A stretch of DNA of 64,000 nt, from NCBI GenBank assembly GCA_905178155.1, contig CAJINV010000006.1, positions 3,782,130 through 3,846,129 on the forward strand, written 5' to 3'. The notes beneath the pieces are model-generated. The model was not told the origin of the DNA and did not search any database. It saw only the letters and a list, made by a program, of their open reading frames with translations. The number at the start of each line of letters is the position of its first letter. The stretch's first letter is position 1. Below, piece after piece: positions 48,201 to 57,900 of the stretch. Source of the stretch: Amoebophrya sp. A120 (Eukaryota; Protista; Dinoflagellata). The position numbers and the translations under genes are program-made.

Positions 48201-50681
48201 CAATTGCAGTTATGCGTCACAAATCGAAATCTTAAGCTAAACCAGCAATACAAATTTCTAATGCCGCTGAGCTAATTTGTTCGTAACTGCGATTTTTATT
48301 TCTACTGATGCGATACAATTTCTGCACTGTGCATATGAACAAACTGTGACCAATTTCGTGGCCCGCCACGTAGTGCCCCAATTCGTTCAGCGTCACTGTC
48401 GCGCCGCCCTGGCTGCCCGCTCCGCCGTACCGGTACGTGTTGACAATAATGAGTAGGGTGGAGTAGTAGCCGTAGCCACAGTGCTCGAAGGCGAAGTGCT
48501 TGAAGGCCGGGATGAGGTCGTTCATCGTGTTGCCGGTGTTCCCCGTGCCGCAGCACAATCCTACGTAAAAACGTCCCCACCCGGTAGTTGTCATGCAGAT
48601 TTATATCCACAGAAACATCTGTCATGCGCATCCGCATGACAAGATTTTATAGTCGTGGTGCTATGAGATTTGTAATGCTGCAAACAGGATGACTATGCGT
48701 CTTTGTGATGCGGCTGCCCTTACTAAACACCACGACAATACAGACGGACACTTGTCATGCACAACTCCCAAACCTTGCAGATTTGTGTTGCAGATTTACG
48801 AACTTGACCCTGGGGCGTGGACGTTTTTACCCAGGATAAGCACACAAGGCGGTCCAAGCCGTTGCACCCGTTGGAGCAGGCGGGCTTGTCGGACGAGTCG
48901 ATTTCCAAGGCAGCCGCAGTATCAAATGCAAAAATGTCTGGGTCTGGAAGAATGCGCGATTTGTCATGCAGCTTTTCCATGACCCACGAGGTCTGGAATG
49001 CAGGACCTAGCATGACAGATTCTGTGCGACCTCTCTCATGCCTATCCTGCATGAGAAACTCCCCTGCGACTTGGTCAAAACTGGACGACTTTTGGTAATC
49101 ATGCAACACAGATTTTTGCATGCTTCAGATTTAGCATGACAAGTTGCAATCTTCCAGACCCAGACATTTTTACATTTGATACGCAGTTATGGAGTGCAAA
49201 AGTAATCTATCGATTCTATCTAATACGTAGTACTAATCGCAATCATGCATGGCAAATTTCCTTCAACATCACAAGCTAGTACGGCATGCTGAGCCACTAT
49301 CACTAATTTTTGATGCAATTAAAATTAATTTCCTTTTCCTACTACAAGAAACCATCTGATAGATGCAACTTAAACTTTTGCAATTCATAACAGTGACGTA
49401 GAAGACGTTCAGGCCTGCGTTATTTTTCGCGTCGAAAACGGCGCCGTACTGGCTCACCAGCGCGTCGTTCATTCGGCGCGCCTGTTTCGGCCACTCGTCG
49501 ACCAGATCCTGACCAAAAAATCCCGCGGGGACGAGTAGCAGGTTAATCGCCTATCCTGTGCAAAAGTATCGCACTCGTATTGCAGTCATGCATTATAAAT
49601 TTTTTTCTTAAGGGAAATCCGGATCACAAGTTTTATTTTTCATGCTGAGGAAAATTGTAATGCATTTATGCGAGTACGATACTTGTTTTACAGTTCGTAT
49701 CGCCTCCGCGGGCACCACGTCCTGGGAGATGGGCACGCAGGTGGGGTGCTGTTTCTGCCACTCCCGCACGGCCTCCGACGCGGGTTGGCCCGGGACAGGA
49801 TACGCAGATGATCCGCTACTGTAGGTGCCCCCGCCGGGGGGCACTGCGGCCGGGGCTTGCGGGAAGCTCAGATCTGCGGCGTGGATCTTCTGCCCGCCTG
49901 TGGTCGACGTTTGATGTTCTACTTCTTCTGGGGTGGTCATCTCACTTTGATGCTCTTCTTCTCCGGCGCAACAAGATGGACCACCACTACCTGCCCCGCC
50001 TATTCCACCTATTTCGTCGTCCTTTAATGTTTTTACTTCGTTCTCCACAACGTTGCTGTTGCTCTCTCGTCCCGCCATCAAAAAATCGTCTCCACGATGA
50101 TCATGTTGGCCAAGGGCGGGTTTGCTTTCTGATGTGGCGCCAGGGGCGGTTCTTTCGGTCTCCTCTGGTGTAGAAGTCCCTAAAACAACTCCTCCCCCTG
50201 CGCAGCTGGTACTATCGGCACACGAGTTTTCAATGTCATTTTCGTCCTCCGACGTTTTTTTAACAACTCCTGGCGCCAGAGCCAGTTTTGTTTTTTGCAG
50301 CTCAACTTCTACCCTTGTCGTTGTCCGACGAAGCAATGTAGTTTGTTGCTGTTGCCGACGACCACGACTCGCTGGTGCTTTATGGAGTTCTCCTGCTTCT
50401 AGCAAGGCTGTTCCTGTTCCTGTTCTTTCCGGCCGAGGTGCACTATTTCTGCCGGTATCTATTCTACGAACCACTGTCTCCTTGTTAATATTCGACGTAG
50501 TAGTTCTTGATATTGTTCTACTCTTACGGTGCCTCTGCTCCTGCGATGAAAATGTCGCCTCGTCTTCTTTCTTTACCTCCAGGAGACGCAGGGCGGATGT
50601 CGTGGTGGCCGCGACGAGAAAAAATGCCAAGGAAGAACAAACACGACCCCTCTGCCTCTGTAAGGGAAACAACAACATTTT
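30201..50681 (-). CDS. M64-like zinc metallopeptidase, paralog 1, with a signal peptide, split by a 15.5-kb composite intron
   Basis: Signal-like LAFFLVAATTTSA; YGGAGSQGGATVTLNELGHYVAGHEIGHSLF|NLGDEY. The exon ending at 47447 (FVKHG) joins 31897 (GVNTDIRQ) in frame. The last exon has CSHGAFPRADVEGD, as in paralog 2. Confidence 0.7.
31920..32791 (-). mobile_element. Non-autonomous Helitron-like element with internal (gcgcgagagggt)n repeats
   Basis: On the minus strand it starts TATATTATA and ends with hairpin cagcc...ggctg plus gttCATACTAG|T, the same CATACTAG end as 17167-17393. Confidence 0.5.
32808..33651 (-). repeat. 3' pseudo-LTR (terminal motif B plus repeat A)
   Basis: 32808-32870 is identical to 44408-44470. 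32865-33651 is near-identical to 46531-47315, with one 2-bp indel seen. Confidence 0.9.
34220..35140 (-). CDS. Accessory intronless ORF (306 aa) of the retroelement, function unknown
   Basis: ATG-started long ORF, co-oriented with RT, P/Q/D-rich. Confidence 0.5.
   Translation of the reverse strand: MLAHNNGSIFAFDLQECRRMLEQNSNQVLVTPVPMSDPPASLPHSGFQSMQDSPPASVRSFGENICVRLNMDADFPVPVYNYHVPMIPSNPFVWDDNAQNILNQHIENQDAEQQLRQFPDQNIELLDFPPSPPFGHSPCRYFAYLQQYQADAVLQQAEPEPEPLSPFLMSPGQQLVLSPSIFQIEQMELDMHGSLPYIRHFPDPSPRQLSTFETDNDDRSRLHEVGSPLRATLQVNISRDYQQFLEFNDNLDANNILRHNRMQVAADHADRATRGAVQDEAAEFRRNRFSPSPTPSELSLMAAGKL
35160..35873 (-). CDS. Accessory intronless ORF (237 aa) of the retroelement, function unknown
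   Basis: ATG-started; its stop is 19 nt before the next ATG. Confidence 0.5.
   Translation of the reverse strand: MSYPHEESVILGIRNLDWSVAEERYFLRSNLPGSNFYTVPSPSRASGVSDEYVPWQSPRPHRFCRPAPLLAELGPDPALLRTLRDPEQLPGRISFGTAQVFDIPLPFHSHETKHGWFSEQRFYGNHLFATPPAVKKRKEELRRERAWFRAFNRGLAPDSIQLTCSGTSRGSSGSNLKADSGAEYSTTQISPSAAVPAYNPFLPTTPDKLIDRAEWSIVRIERELLASPAPLLASYKR
37070..42214 (-). CDS. Penelope-type reverse transcriptase polyprotein (1714 aa)
   Basis: YYAVIKGHK..KMRFI (motifs 1/2), GYDFERLYT (A), QVRGMPMGITPAP (B'), RYLDDLL (C), TTFLD (E) and LYDK. PLE N-terminal VFGYYDKA...Y motif at about 40700. Confidence 0.9.
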   Translation of the reverse strand: MTPGKTHVSQLGVQCTQEVEDSTNKELFAPRVGVQCTQDVEDMAPPPAVPPPKLISSVEFFVAKRKSRRLVSDEPCLKRRSVAGPSRVNQLRNCRQSDAPRLIELPDAAKTPLLPPDPVVTPSRRSSMVQELFRRKFSTVRNSEDKRVAKQMIFTPVETSSNNRLSLDLHAPIQPDKSTLHPDTAYTTKLPKNNAEVKRILLAIVWLFFALDPPQDFAASGRWLPVPSWHIGAAKFNCVSWLLKIIAGCSKQLLRALRIHLTTAFVLPPQQLFLLQELVESRLRMTKLAGDKQSRDGKKAVIFFYHHKTVDKLNLRSTFRHLLNDRFLAFTYGPPVCLTTFNLRVKSLPKACSDLKCACADYRRYLPDGCTWGGHIAMPATADNLQVLCGPAFDSVVASKVSLLMRPKFRVEQKFSATKLLERVNIEDQELIQDVRHFFWCNAVPENEEQFNEVDWNTADGSAAPIPVPDANGRVYDRSATNTYEWGKFSTAFDIVRNLQQLFVFGYYDKATSTTWLMCKSLYTALLMEDLGMAGRGSFPTCTSDDYHRADFSPPRPTSTAVPAATNSSSPPEAVLPRTSGSPPRMISPAVRLPSPTRISLPDTRSLSPHLPPVPSSQRAKLVFANATPSRTAAPTVADPRSNTGLMVSSDTNKLALAHTGAPRHPDTVAKIMIDAPLVGGSSVVDTPQQSLEKRANRGLYLTRNKFGLPATTADQLEVLERDLIEETKLELHGVKNLLQFVLTKSDKLLQLGKIDSTDQPHVLLQAKIKLHAEIDAAIELAQEKLKKDSSSSALQKQLEQAEADRKAVQAELKQNIPKSSAPVAAAINTVHVRPFPSALSGRRQSLLWKLNAKAGWRLVSRSLLKGVKGVGCALDMHRAAQVGLEQLATFDLQAGITTSVTKQALHPVSQTGTIIAFNHQKMYTSTLILSRAPILQIRAGLHQLQWLSPIFVLSNASVQVLFREETKRNLLQWTAEAVNLGSFSSKLKASPLPVTLLDPWTSRHETAELLQMGMRPQCPATGADASRNELLLDMDPLSAFELWLDGDATVGNDCLAKPTDSEALASSAASTSRHLQPGPFFNTAVNLLEDLTKSVPHQDPPVNLLDVAAGVVTDEINDPDVIPEAALIDSFEVLVPRSSIPASSVVPVSAPAHPQTSTVWLEGQHAMPPGHGTPHAGSISRLRPPPRSPSSSASSSSSASNSPDSSTSSSSSSSTPSLSDSIPSSPERPPKQDFDRALLASQIPNLNSQQYWVQQGVDQRGEKVRPLLPVWQARRSTSFLGSEFPPAQQSLHEVYKATSAEKIDEIVEQLGSFAPALLAKVKQRQASAHPAYYAVIKGHKYPAYKMRFIAAATDKTVLHAPGKVLHLILSATMAEFKSRVWPGAWSVESSEEALARVTAGGFAEFDGYDFERLYTGLAHSFLCHNLHMLNSCVFQAGGFQSVVLAYDRNRKGPEKEFAFLSREAPSSSSSWSLADIDALVRWCCASCYIGIADLLFLQVRGMPMGITPAPRMADGGLSWSEYLFVSSPAGQQYRFLQILRYLDDLLSPIRLPLHLIYPRALACKPETLGTTTTTFLDFFLDATIPRRLLYCLYDKTRTFPFYLSKFSAAASAVHPETHQSAFCSAVIRAYKRNYLVVHFLRDIVELLVRFTLSGTFRHTFPAKACKLVVARHEAPKWFTSDKMVSTMGDWMKQMQAEIRAILDPTWVQLRPGN
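42264..43343 (-). CDS. GIY-YIG endonuclease of the Penelope-like element
   Basis: CC..CSLC, then LIYLRRCSCGLAYVGKA, RFHGH, H..YLH and WESFWIVSLRTYYPWGFN. Confidence 0.85.
   Translation of the reverse strand: MASSDKMTASENPPLLYNQNLNSTISLLCDTCRTPAQQPQAQSSSSVLQLVRKPSRPVAPNPPLENFLHAVNNSLVAVAEFCDVQQIYTNDIFAIKSDFKHEELPVAWMADYSIPLQMKFASFKAHVLDLNNWKADRLKPELFQLDRSRMISCCRAAKGNPCSLCSSASPDRFLQVNGKLLEVRAREQRSCYEAGDTSLIYLRRCSCGLAYVGKAHTGAGAGTRFHGHANCAERLGHEDETHPMYLHQQQYLNHAVTTDVLFYMNKVEANRTATLPDGSTLSQIDAWESFWIVSLRTYYPWGFNLEFKDVTHPAAPRRRPHPEDGSSMYRLLAEQGGVLKLQRLQRNLNTGGQLQLPSL
45173..46530 (-). pseudogene. Captured 3' fragment of a host tandem-PDZ-domain gene, intron retained
   Basis: PDZ-like VGDRIVAVNG and MRLIGVNG. 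Exons 46530-46123 and 45343-45173 join in frame (INKR|LVQQ) across introner 45344-46122. Confidence 0.65.
45564..46073 (-). mobile_element. 5'-truncated, diverged relative of the PLE terminus inserted in an introner, 16-bp TSD
   Basis: TSD ccaacgcagcattaca at 45548-45563 and 46074-46089. Starts tcggaagtctacgggc and shares ctacagccacacggggtcc with repeat A. Confidence 0.8.
46531..47315 (-). repeat. 5' pseudo-LTR, repeat A copy
   Basis: Direct repeat of 32865-33651, followed by a T-run at 47314-47324 and the TSD. Confidence 0.9.
47595..47882. mobile_element. Introner family G (TIR with GTAAAAACGTCCCCACCC), representative copy
   Basis: TSD tgcag. Also 48557-48838 (agcac). Loosely related pair at 12573-12913 and 12919-13222. 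Confidence 0.75.
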
Positions 50682-51958
50682 GATATATAAGATGGCGGCC
50701 ACGAGAAATTGAAAGTGAATTGCGTGTAAAAATGAAGAAAGAACTACTAAATACTCGCTGAATGTCGTCAAAAATGGGGAAGTATCTACGGCACAACAAG
50801 TAGTTCTAGTTGGAAACGGCTAGGAGCGGAGTGGATCGACAAAAGCCATGAATGTAGTAGAGGTTCTGAGATCGTGTTGCCCAGCACGACTCCGTCCTGT
50901 AGATGAAGTGTTCATTTATCTTTTGCTGTGCAGAATAAGTGCAGAATATCAAACTGGTTTAAGTCGATTCAGGGTACAAAACCTCATATCGTCGTCTACG
51001 AGGTACCACCTATTTTTCGCTGGTTGCACGACAATGCACTGGTGCAAAGAGAACGATGGCGCACGAAGTAGAGAAAGTACGAATTATAGCAGCAACGAAA
51101 ACCAAAACTTACTAACACGAAAGACCACGTAGCTCCTGCACTAGAAGGGAGTCTTGTGCTAGTATGCTTGCTGTACGAATTGTAGGTCGTCGTTGGAATA
51201 GATCGTTTTCATTGTACAACGAAATAGATCACGAAGAACTACAAAGACATCAATTCTCGAGCACGAGCTTGAACCTATGTATAAAAATACGAAGACAGTG
51301 GTACGAGGAGAACGACTTTTGCAACGCGCCGTAAGTAGAATACAACCCCTGATCCACCTCTGGTGTGTCAGCGCGGCTTTTTTACCCAAATTCACTTTGG
51401 CACGATGAGAAATCGAAGGAACGGAACAATGTGAAAAGAAACGGTCCTCGTCTTCACACATCCATGTAGAGGGAACATCACAAGTAGGCGCCTAACTGCG
51501 AGAAGACCTCGCAATCAGCACGCGATGCGATGCGAAGGTTCATCTTGCCAGATGTTCTCAGTAAAGAGAACAGGAGTGTTCGACTTTTTGGTTCCGCTCT
51601 TCACTTTTTCTTCTACAGTGACCACAGTTCTACTGTTCTTTAAGGAGGTTTTGCTTTATCTCACACGTCGACCTCCATGCGTAGTTTTCGTGTTCCAATT
51701 CCTCAAAAAATTGAGGTCAACGAGGAGGAGGACGTCAGTAGAACCATAAAAATATTCCCTGAAGAGGATTTACAAAATAAAGTGTTGATGATGATGATGT
51801 ACACACGTTTGTTTCTCTTTCTGTTTGGTACAACTTCTATAGCCGAAATCTAGGAGTCCCTGGCCCCCCGCTGAAAATGCAGCTAGTTGTCCACCTGACA
51901 ACCTTGTACTGCACCTACTATTTCCAGCTCGCACAGAAGAAGAAGAAGAAGAAGTACT

Positions 51959-54900
51959 TTACGCGATCGCGTTCAAGCAATTCGCAATTTCCTTCTCGAT
52001 TTCGGCGATTTCGATCTTGCGTTTTTCGATCTCCTCGTTGTTTTTGTCCTTGATTTCCTGTGGTGTTTTTTCGTCGTAGTTCGGCACCTGGGTCTTTTTC
52101 ATGGCCTGGTCGTACCTTTGCTGTTTTTCCTTCAATTTCTTGTCCAACTTTTGCGAGTGCTGCTTCAGATCGACCATATCCTTGACGTCGAGCGAAATTT
52201 GCACCTGGAGGTTCACCAAAGAAGCCAGCGTGCCCTTCGGCGCGGCGTCCACATTGGTGGCGGAGGAAACCTGGTGATTATTGTTGTGGGTTTTCGTTTT
52301 TTAGCGTTGCGACTGATTGCCATAGTTGCGCACTACAGATGATGCTAGCAAAAGCGTGCCACTGTTGCTGCCCCTAGTGATTGATTGGCGTGCGGCTGAT
52401 GCATCTGACACCGTCGCAGCTTCTTCTGTCTATCAGTTCCGCTTCTACCTCCCGGGTCAAGAAGATGAACTGAACATATCACATTCCGTTTCGCATTTAT
52501 TTTTTTCCGGAAGTTCTTCATTTTTCCAGATAGACGTATTAGGATGAAAAAGTCGTAAGTCTATCGCGTAGTCTCTATACCTTGCCGAGCGTTTTCACGA
52601 CAAACAACGCCTCCTCGTCGAACGGCTTCTCCTTCGTGTTTGACACCACGTATGCAATCGGCTGTTTCTGCGGAATGAGAAGCGCGGCCTTGCTTGACCG
52701 ATATGCTGTGCAAAAGTATCGTACTCGTATAAATGCATTACAAATTTTCTCAGCATGAGAAATAAAATTTGTAATGCTGATTTATCTCAAGAAAAAGATT
52801 TGTAATGCATGATTGCAATACGAGTACGATGCTTTTGCACAGGATAACCGGACCTCTGATACAACGTCCATGCACTCTTTCATCTGTGCCTCAGCTATGA
52901 CAGCCTCAGGTTGGAAATCCTCAAAGTGGAAATGATTTGTAATGCAAAAACACGAAGCCAGTTGAAGCACCATTTCTAGTCGGCGCATGACAAATTTATT
53001 CCCGGTCACTCAAACCGTGTCTGTCATGCGTGTTAGGCACAGGGGTGCGTTTCTTTCATGCTAAGTAACAGCACTCCAATTCTGAACCCGTAGAAGGACA
53101 ACAGTCAGCCCCCACATTGCGTTCTCTGCAATACAGTCTTTTTGATGTCGCATTTCATGCATCACAAATTATTTCCACTTTGAGACTTTCCATTCTGAGG
53201 CTTTCATATCAGCCGCTTCGTTCTGCCAAGACTTCGTGCCCAGGGGGTAGCTGTCGTTTGTCATGTGGTTTCGCATGACAAATTCTCGAATGTTGTCATG
53301 TGGTTTCATGAACGAGAGTTTTCGATTTCATATTTCTCAAGCATATTGATCTGTGGATGAAGGTGTAACAGATCATGATAACTGCAGCATGATTTAGCTG
53401 TGCTGATACGTGGTCGAACCACATTCATACTTAGCCACGACCACAAATCTTTCATGTGCGACCATCTTCAAGTAGTAGTCCAAATTTTTATACCTTGCCA
53501 CCACAATCGACTCGTATTTATTCGGGTTGCTCGGTAGTCTCTGGTAAAGCTCCTCTGTTACGAACGGCGGTGTATGCATTGCAAAAGGATCATGTTGAAG
53601 CCATACTCGTAGTACCGAAGTGATCCTCCGAATCATGCAAAAGTCGCTTTTCTAACACTAACACTAACATCACTAACACTAACACGAGTCTACATCAGAA
53701 TGACAAATTTCGTTTGAATTTGTCATGCTCCTGCACTGCAAATTTTAATTATAATTTGTAAATGCGAATAATAAAATCACTTCCACTTCTATCACTACGT
53801 ACCGGACACACGACAGTACTTTTGCAATCGATACAGCATCGGGTGCAGCAACCGAAGCCCTTGGTCCAGACAGGTGTAGAGCACGTCCCGGGCGATGTTT
53901 TTATCCTCCTCTTTCGAGTCCTGCCCGTAAAGACGCGGCTTCAGTAACTCCAGGTATACGTCACACAATTCCTTCAGCCAGAAATCGTATATGGTGGATA
54001 CCCCCTCGGAGAATATGGAATGCAAACGTGTCTGGGTCTGGAAGAATGCAAGACTTGTCATGCAAATTTTACATGGGCCTAGCATCACAGACTTCTGAAG
54101 GGCTTCCTCATGCCTATTCCGCATGAGAAACACCGTCTCCATATAGCACGAAGTAAACTCCCTTTGCTGGTCATGAAATACAGATGTTTTTAGAATGCAG
54201 AGACAGCATCACAAGTTGCATTCTTCCAGACCCAGATTATGTATTTGCATTTGATAGAGAACTCGTATTTCTTAAAGCTCTGGTCCATCTTCACACAGGC
54301 GTGGTTGAGGCGGGACAGAATCCATTTGTCCTCCAATTTCAGCTTGTGCTTGGGATTCAAGAAGCCGGGGTACTTGTGCATTTCCGTGCCTTCCTCGTTC
54401 AGCTTTAGGTTTTGCAAGGCAAACTTGGTCGCGTTCCAGAGCTTGTTGCAAAATTGTCGGTACCCAACCACGCGCTGGATATCCAAGTTCACGTTTCGGC
54501 CCTGTGCGGTGTAGGCAAGGAGGCCGAGTCTCAACGCGTCGGCGCCGCACGAAGGAATGCTATGGAAGCGTCAGGATTGAAATTGTCAAAGTTGAAATAG
54601 TTCTTTGTGATGCATAAAATGCAACCCACAGAGTGCCTGTCTTGCAGAGTACGCAAGGGAGGCAGATTGTAAGCCTGTTGAGGGGTAAAAATAGAGCTGC
54701 TACAATAGCATGACAAAAGGCGTCTTCCTTAGTACCCAAACAGCATTACAAACTGGATTTAATAGACACCACCAGGATTTGTCATGCGCCACTTGAAAAT
54801 AACTAGGCGCCTACTGGTATCCGTCTTATGCGTCGCAAATTATTTCAACTCTGACGATTTCGATCCTGACACTCCCATAGATGCCCTCCGGAAAGTCTTT

Positions 54901-57900
54901 CTGCTGCGAAAGGATGGCTTTGTTTACCTCGGAGGGGGGCAGGTTGCCGGACTTTACCTTATGGATTGCAAAAGTATCGTACTAGTAGAAATCGCATTAC
55001 AAATTCACGCAGCATGAGAAATGAAGTTTGTCATGCTGTTTTGCCTTGATATCGAGATTTGTAATGCATGACTGCGATTACTACGAGTAGTACGATACTT
55101 TTGCACAGGATATACCTTGTCGTGCAGCGACTCAAGTGTGGCGCCGTCGATTACCTTTGTTGTTTTGAATTGTTTCAAATTTATTTTCCCTTGCTACGCA
55201 AACGCAGCTCTTCCTCTTTCGCTGGATTTGGATTTTCTTGTCGTTTCACAGGTTTTCGTTTTGTACTCTATCGACAACTGATTTTTGCATCCTCCTCATG
55301 CGACGCCGTCAGCAGTGAACTATAGAATGGGCGAATTTCAGTTTGCCTTTATGCAGATAGCACTGCGACTGACACCATTTTGAGTATGTTATAATACCTC
55401 CAACGGGTCGATGACGTTTCCCTTGGATTTGCTCATTTTCTCCCCATTTTTGTCCCGTACCATGGCGTGCGACTTATGCAACACAAATCTATTTTTAGAA
55501 CCGTACTTACTATTTACCAGGCGTCCGTCGTACAAACAAATACATCACAAGTTCCTCCAGTGGCAACGAGCATTTCTTCAGCTTGAGTACTAGTAGAGCA
55601 GGTGTTCTTTGTCATGCTGTTGAGTCGTAGAGCAAAAGCTTTTCTCATGCAAAGATGATGTACGTCTACGATGATACATGATACTACGGCAGTAATACAA
55701 TAAATGTGCGAGTGATACAAGTAGACCGTGGTGAAGGGCAATTTGCCGGTCAAACCGAGCGACATCATGTATCGAAATGGAAAATCCCCCCATCCCATGT
55801 TCAAAAGACCATTTGTGTTGCTGGATTTCTGTACACAAGTGAGCTTTGTATTGCGTTTGCACTTGCAGCAAGAGCAGGTTGCCGGCGCATTATACTAAAG
55901 CCATTCGGGCACGCATCCGGTTAGCAGCTGAGCATGAGAAACAAGTCTCACATAGGCGAAAACGCATCACAGACTCGCTGTACAATGTTGCGCCACATGT
56001 TTGCCGTTTGCATTGTACGCAAGACAAAGCTGATTTGTGGCCACAAATTAGCATCACAAATTTCCTTTTTGATATGGGGAGGGGGGATTTTTCCTCGCGA
56101 TATCATGACCATTCGCGCGACCCAGAAGAAGAGGATGTCATGCCCGGTTTCGAGCAAAGTTCCGGGGAAGAAGGACTTCATGTCCTCGGTCTCGTTTGGC
56201 CAGCCCATCACCTGTGGTATAATCATTTGTGTCATCCGCGAACTACAAAAGATGTTGAACACCAGATGCAATATCAAACACATGCTCGATGGCTAAACTC
56301 AGTTTTTCACTCGAAGATGTAGGACTCGTCGTATTTAACAGCCTATATAACCTGATTTCTTAAGCATGACAAAGTAGAGCAACAGGAACAGGAAGTAGTT
56401 GTTCCGCATGACGAAAAAACATCTCGAATAATACCGAAAACGGGAACAATCCGCTGGAAAACCAGGTGTCCAGCACGTCCTCGTCCTGCTCGAGCTGCAC
56501 CTTGTCGCTGTTTAATTCCTTTTTCGCTTTTGCCAGCGCGTCTTCGAACGACAGGCCCACGAACCACTTCTCCTTTCCGTCCTTATCCAGCAACTCTTGC
56601 GGCCCGGTGACTTTGTAGGCCGGGATCCGGTGACCCCACCAGAGTTGCCGGGAAATGCACCAGTCGCGAATGTTGTCCAGCCACTTGAACCAGGTGGACT
56701 CGTGAAATTTCGGGATGATTTTCAGCTCGTTCTGCTTCACTTTGTTCACCGACTCTTCCGCCAGCTTCTTGCAGTCCATCCACCACTGTGGCTTGAGCAA
56801 GGGTTCGATCACATCTCCGGATCGGGAGCAGAATCCGAGCGACATCGCGTGGTTTTCCTTTTTCACCCACAAATTCTTCTTCTTCAATTCCTCCTCCAAC
56901 TCCCGGCGCACCAATATGGAATGCAAATCTGTCTGGCTCTGCGTCTGGGAATGTGTGATGCTAAAATGTGCATGACGAAAGCACCCCCTCACGCAGGAGA
57001 GCATGACAAGGTTGCAGAACACTTCCTCATACGCGCTCCGCATGCGAAACTGCGTTTTTGTATGACAAGAGAGGCCTCGACTTCTTTTGTGGGTCATGCA
57101 ATACAGATCTCACAGGAATGTAAGACCAGCATTACAAGTTCCAACTTTCCACACCCAGACATATTTGCAATGCATAACCAAATACCGGTGCTTGTTCCCG
57201 AAGAGCTGCCCGCCGGCCTTCTCGGTGACGGTGCCGTCGTCGTTGAGCATGTTGATGAATTCCAGGTTGTGTCTTTTCCCCATTTGGAAATCGTTATGGT
57301 CGTGCGCCGGGGTGATTTTCACGCACCCAGTTCCGAAATCCTTGTCCACATAGCTGTCTGCGATAATGTATCCCCTGCAAAAGCATCGCACATCTTCTTC
57401 TTCGCAGTATTGCTATACAAATTAGCTCAGCAGGAGAAATGGAACTTGTCATGGTGATTTAGCTTGAAAAGTAAATTTGTCGTGCCTGACTGCGATTAGT
57501 ACGAGGACGATGCTTTTGCACAGGATAAAATCGTCATTTTGCGATCCGGACAGAACGGGTGCTCCAGTGGCTTTCCGATCAAGTGCTTATACCTGAGAAG
57601 GTGTGCGCAGTTGAATTTGTCATGCTATTTTTACGTGGGGTAAGACAAGCACAAGGCGAGTCTGTCATGCATGCAACTGCAAGAACTCGAACAGATGAAC
57701 AAAGGCCTATGCAGGAGCTTCTAAGCACATAGATTTTTATACCTCTCATCCTCCGGATGCACGGCCACTGCGGTGTCGCCAAGCATGGTCTCCAGACGCG
57801 TCGTATCGAGTCCAAATATGTCTCGGTCTGGAAACTTGTGATGCTGAATGGTCATGATGGAACAGCCTTCCTAGTGCAGCCAAGCATGACAAATATTTAT

